DNA of 64,000 nucleotides, taken from the NCBI GenBank assembly GCA_903868795.1, contig CAIPWR010000145.1, positions 600 through 64,599 on the forward strand, written 5' to 3'. Below, one piece after another: positions 62,737 to 64,000 of this stretch. Every line of letters starts with the position of its first letter. Position 1 is the stretch's first letter. Source of the DNA: an uncultured Spartobacteria bacterium (lineage in GTDB: Bacteria; Verrucomicrobiota; Verrucomicrobiia; Chthoniobacterales; UBA6821). Below the pieces are notes generated by a model, which was not told the DNA's origin, made no database searches, and was given only the letters and a program-made list of their open reading frames with translations. Position numbers and translations under genes: made by a program.

Positions 62737-63780
62737 TTAGAGGGTGGCCATATCGATCACGAAACGGTACTTCACATCGCTCTTGAGGATGCGGTCGTAG
62801 GCCTCGTTGACCATCGCCATCGGGATGATCTCCACGTCGCTGGTAATCCCGTGCACGGCGCAGTAATCGAGCATTTCCTGTGTTTCAGGAAGTCCCCCGA
62901 CCAGAGATCCCGCAAGGCGCTTACGCCCCATGACCAGAGCAAAAGCGTGAACAGCCGCTGTCTCCGGCGGGACGCCGACGAGGCACATGGTTCCATCGCG
63001 CTTCAGCAGATTGATATAGGCTCCGAGATCATGGGGAGCAGAGACGGTATTGAGGATGAAGTCGAAACTGCCAGCTGCCTTGGTCATCTCTTCTTCCGAG
63101 TTGGAAAGGATCACTTCGTCAGCCCCGAGACGCTTGGCATCGGCCACTTTCCCCGGGGATGTGGTGAAGCAGACAACATGGGCCCCGAAGGAGTGGGTAA
63201 ACTTGAGTGCCATGTGCCCCAGGCCGCCCAGTCCAACGACACCGACTTTCTTTCCTGGACCAACCTTCCAGTGGCGAAGAGGTGAGTACGTGGTGATACC
63301 TGCGCAGAGGAGAGGGGCTGCCCCTGCAGGATCGAGCTTATCGGAGACTTTCAGGACGAAGCGCTCGTCGACGACGATCTGGTTCGAGTAACCGCCGAAG
63401 TTCAGTCCGCTGCCATCACGGGTCTTGCTGTTGTAAGTGCCGGTAAAGTGGTTCTCACAGTAGTTCTCGAGCCCCTCGTTACAGTTTGAGCAGGTGCGGC
63501 ACGAGTCAACGAAACAGCCGACGCCGACCCGGTCACCGGCTTTGAATTTGGTAACGGCACTTCCGACCTGCTTGACCACGCCGATGATCTCGTGACCCGG
63601 AACCATGGGATACAGGGAACCGCCCCACTCGTCGCGGGACATATGGATGTCTGTGTGGCAGACGCCGCAATGGGAAATCTCGAGTTGGACATCATGGGTG
63701 CCTGGTTCGCGGCGCTCAAAGGAGAAGGGGGCGATCGGTGAGGTGGCGCTTTGGGCGGCGTAGCCTTTGGTAGGGAGCAT
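62737..63780 (-). CDS. Zn-dependent NAD(P) alcohol dehydrogenase (cinnamyl-ADH/YahK-like)
   Basis: GVCHTDIH, GHEIIG, the structural-Zn cysteines CRTCSNCNEGLENYC and GLGGLGH. Start taken at MLPTKGY (63780). Confidence 0.92.
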   Translation of the reverse strand: MLPTKGYAAQSATSPIAPFSFERREPGTHDVQLEISHCGVCHTDIHMSRDEWGGSLYPMVPGHEIIGVVKQVGSAVTKFKAGDRVGVGCFVDSCRTCSNCNEGLENYCENHFTGTYNSKTRDGSGLNFGGYSNQIVVDERFVLKVSDKLDPAGAAPLLCAGITTYSPLRHWKVGPGKKVGVVGLGGLGHMALKFTHSFGAHVVCFTTSPGKVADAKRLGADEVILSNSEEEMTKAAGSFDFILNTVSAPHDLGAYINLLKRDGTMCLVGVPPETAAVHAFALVMGRKRLAGSLVGGLPETQEMLDYCAVHGITSDVEIIPMAMVNEAYDRILKSDVKYRFVIDMATL

Positions 63781-63805
63781 GGTATTGGGGTGTAGGGGAT
63801 GGGTT

Positions 63806-63826
63806 ATCGCGAATGGGTGATGGGGA
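63806..63826 (-). repeat. Shared leader motif, copy B2 (upstream of the alcohol dehydrogenase gene)
   Basis: The plus strand reads ATCGCGAATGGGTGATGGGGA. It lies 26-46 nt upstream of the start codon at 63780. Confidence 0.6.
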
Positions 63827-63919
63827 AGAAGATACCCCAAGTCAAATTCCTGGGTATCGGAAAAATGCAAATCATACCGATTTCCTATTTCCCTATTACC
63901 AAGGACCCAGACCCTATTC

Positions 63920-64000
63920 CCTAGCTCCCCTCGCCGTGGGTCATGTCACGGGTTTCGAAACGGGTGAACTCGCTCAGGAAGGTCAGGGGGACTTCGCCGG
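63920..64000 (-). CDS. 3-prime end of an unidentified gene running off the window
   Basis: The open frame reads ...GEVPLTFLSEFTRFETRDMTHGEGS then TAG (63920-63922). Too short to identify. Confidence 0.3.

Overview
This is a 64-kb chromosomal segment. It looks GC-rich (high-50s percent by eye, not computed) and is densely coding on both strands. I found no rRNA, tRNA, CRISPR array, transposase, integrase or phage gene. I call 58 CDS. Most are housekeeping: ABC-F ATPase, purK, GTP-dependent PEPCK, mazG, thiG, mutS, aat, guaA, coaD, the yceD-rpmF-plsX-fabH block, aroB, mtnN, gnd-zwf, fabD, tatA and a Zn-dependent alcohol dehydrogenase. Gene content and the SD-poor leaders suggest a PVC/Verrucomicrobia-like genome; this is a low-confidence inference. 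Larger modules: (1) a nine-gene MoxR/DUF58/BatA-BatE aerotolerance-type operon (5.3-14.6 kb) with a fused BatB-BatC; (2) a partner-switching module (23.3-27.4 kb) of Cache-HAMP-PP2C, a PP2C fused to an RsbW-like kinase, and a divergent STAS gene; (3) an eight-gene, translationally coupled minus-strand operon (38.5-47.0 kb) of ExbB, ExbD, a Pro-rich 907-aa TPR protein, HtrA, three unknown exported proteins and an L,D-transpeptidase; (4) a divergently oriented plus-strand cluster (47.2-54.0 kb) with a DUF3431-like protein, a small anchored protein, two tandem paralogous about 600-740-aa helical exported proteins of unknown family, and a lone GspF/PilC platform gene. Modules 3 and 4 are the best candidates for an undescribed envelope system. 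Unusual domain fusions: LpxL acyltransferase plus GT9 heptosyltransferase; cytidylyltransferase plus GHMP sugar kinase; a tandem class II aldolase whose second copy is degenerate. At nucleotide level I see a dispersed gene-3-prime-end element built from degenerate heptamers (GGTTTAGACTGAAGACTGTTAGG-like, at least 6 clear copies, often after a GC hairpin). I also see a 21-nt leader motif shared by two unrelated genes, a perfect 17-bp inverted repeat pair 140 bp apart, and three CGAACTA direct repeats upstream of the Bat operon. All functional calls rest on motif recognition by eye; no database searches were run.
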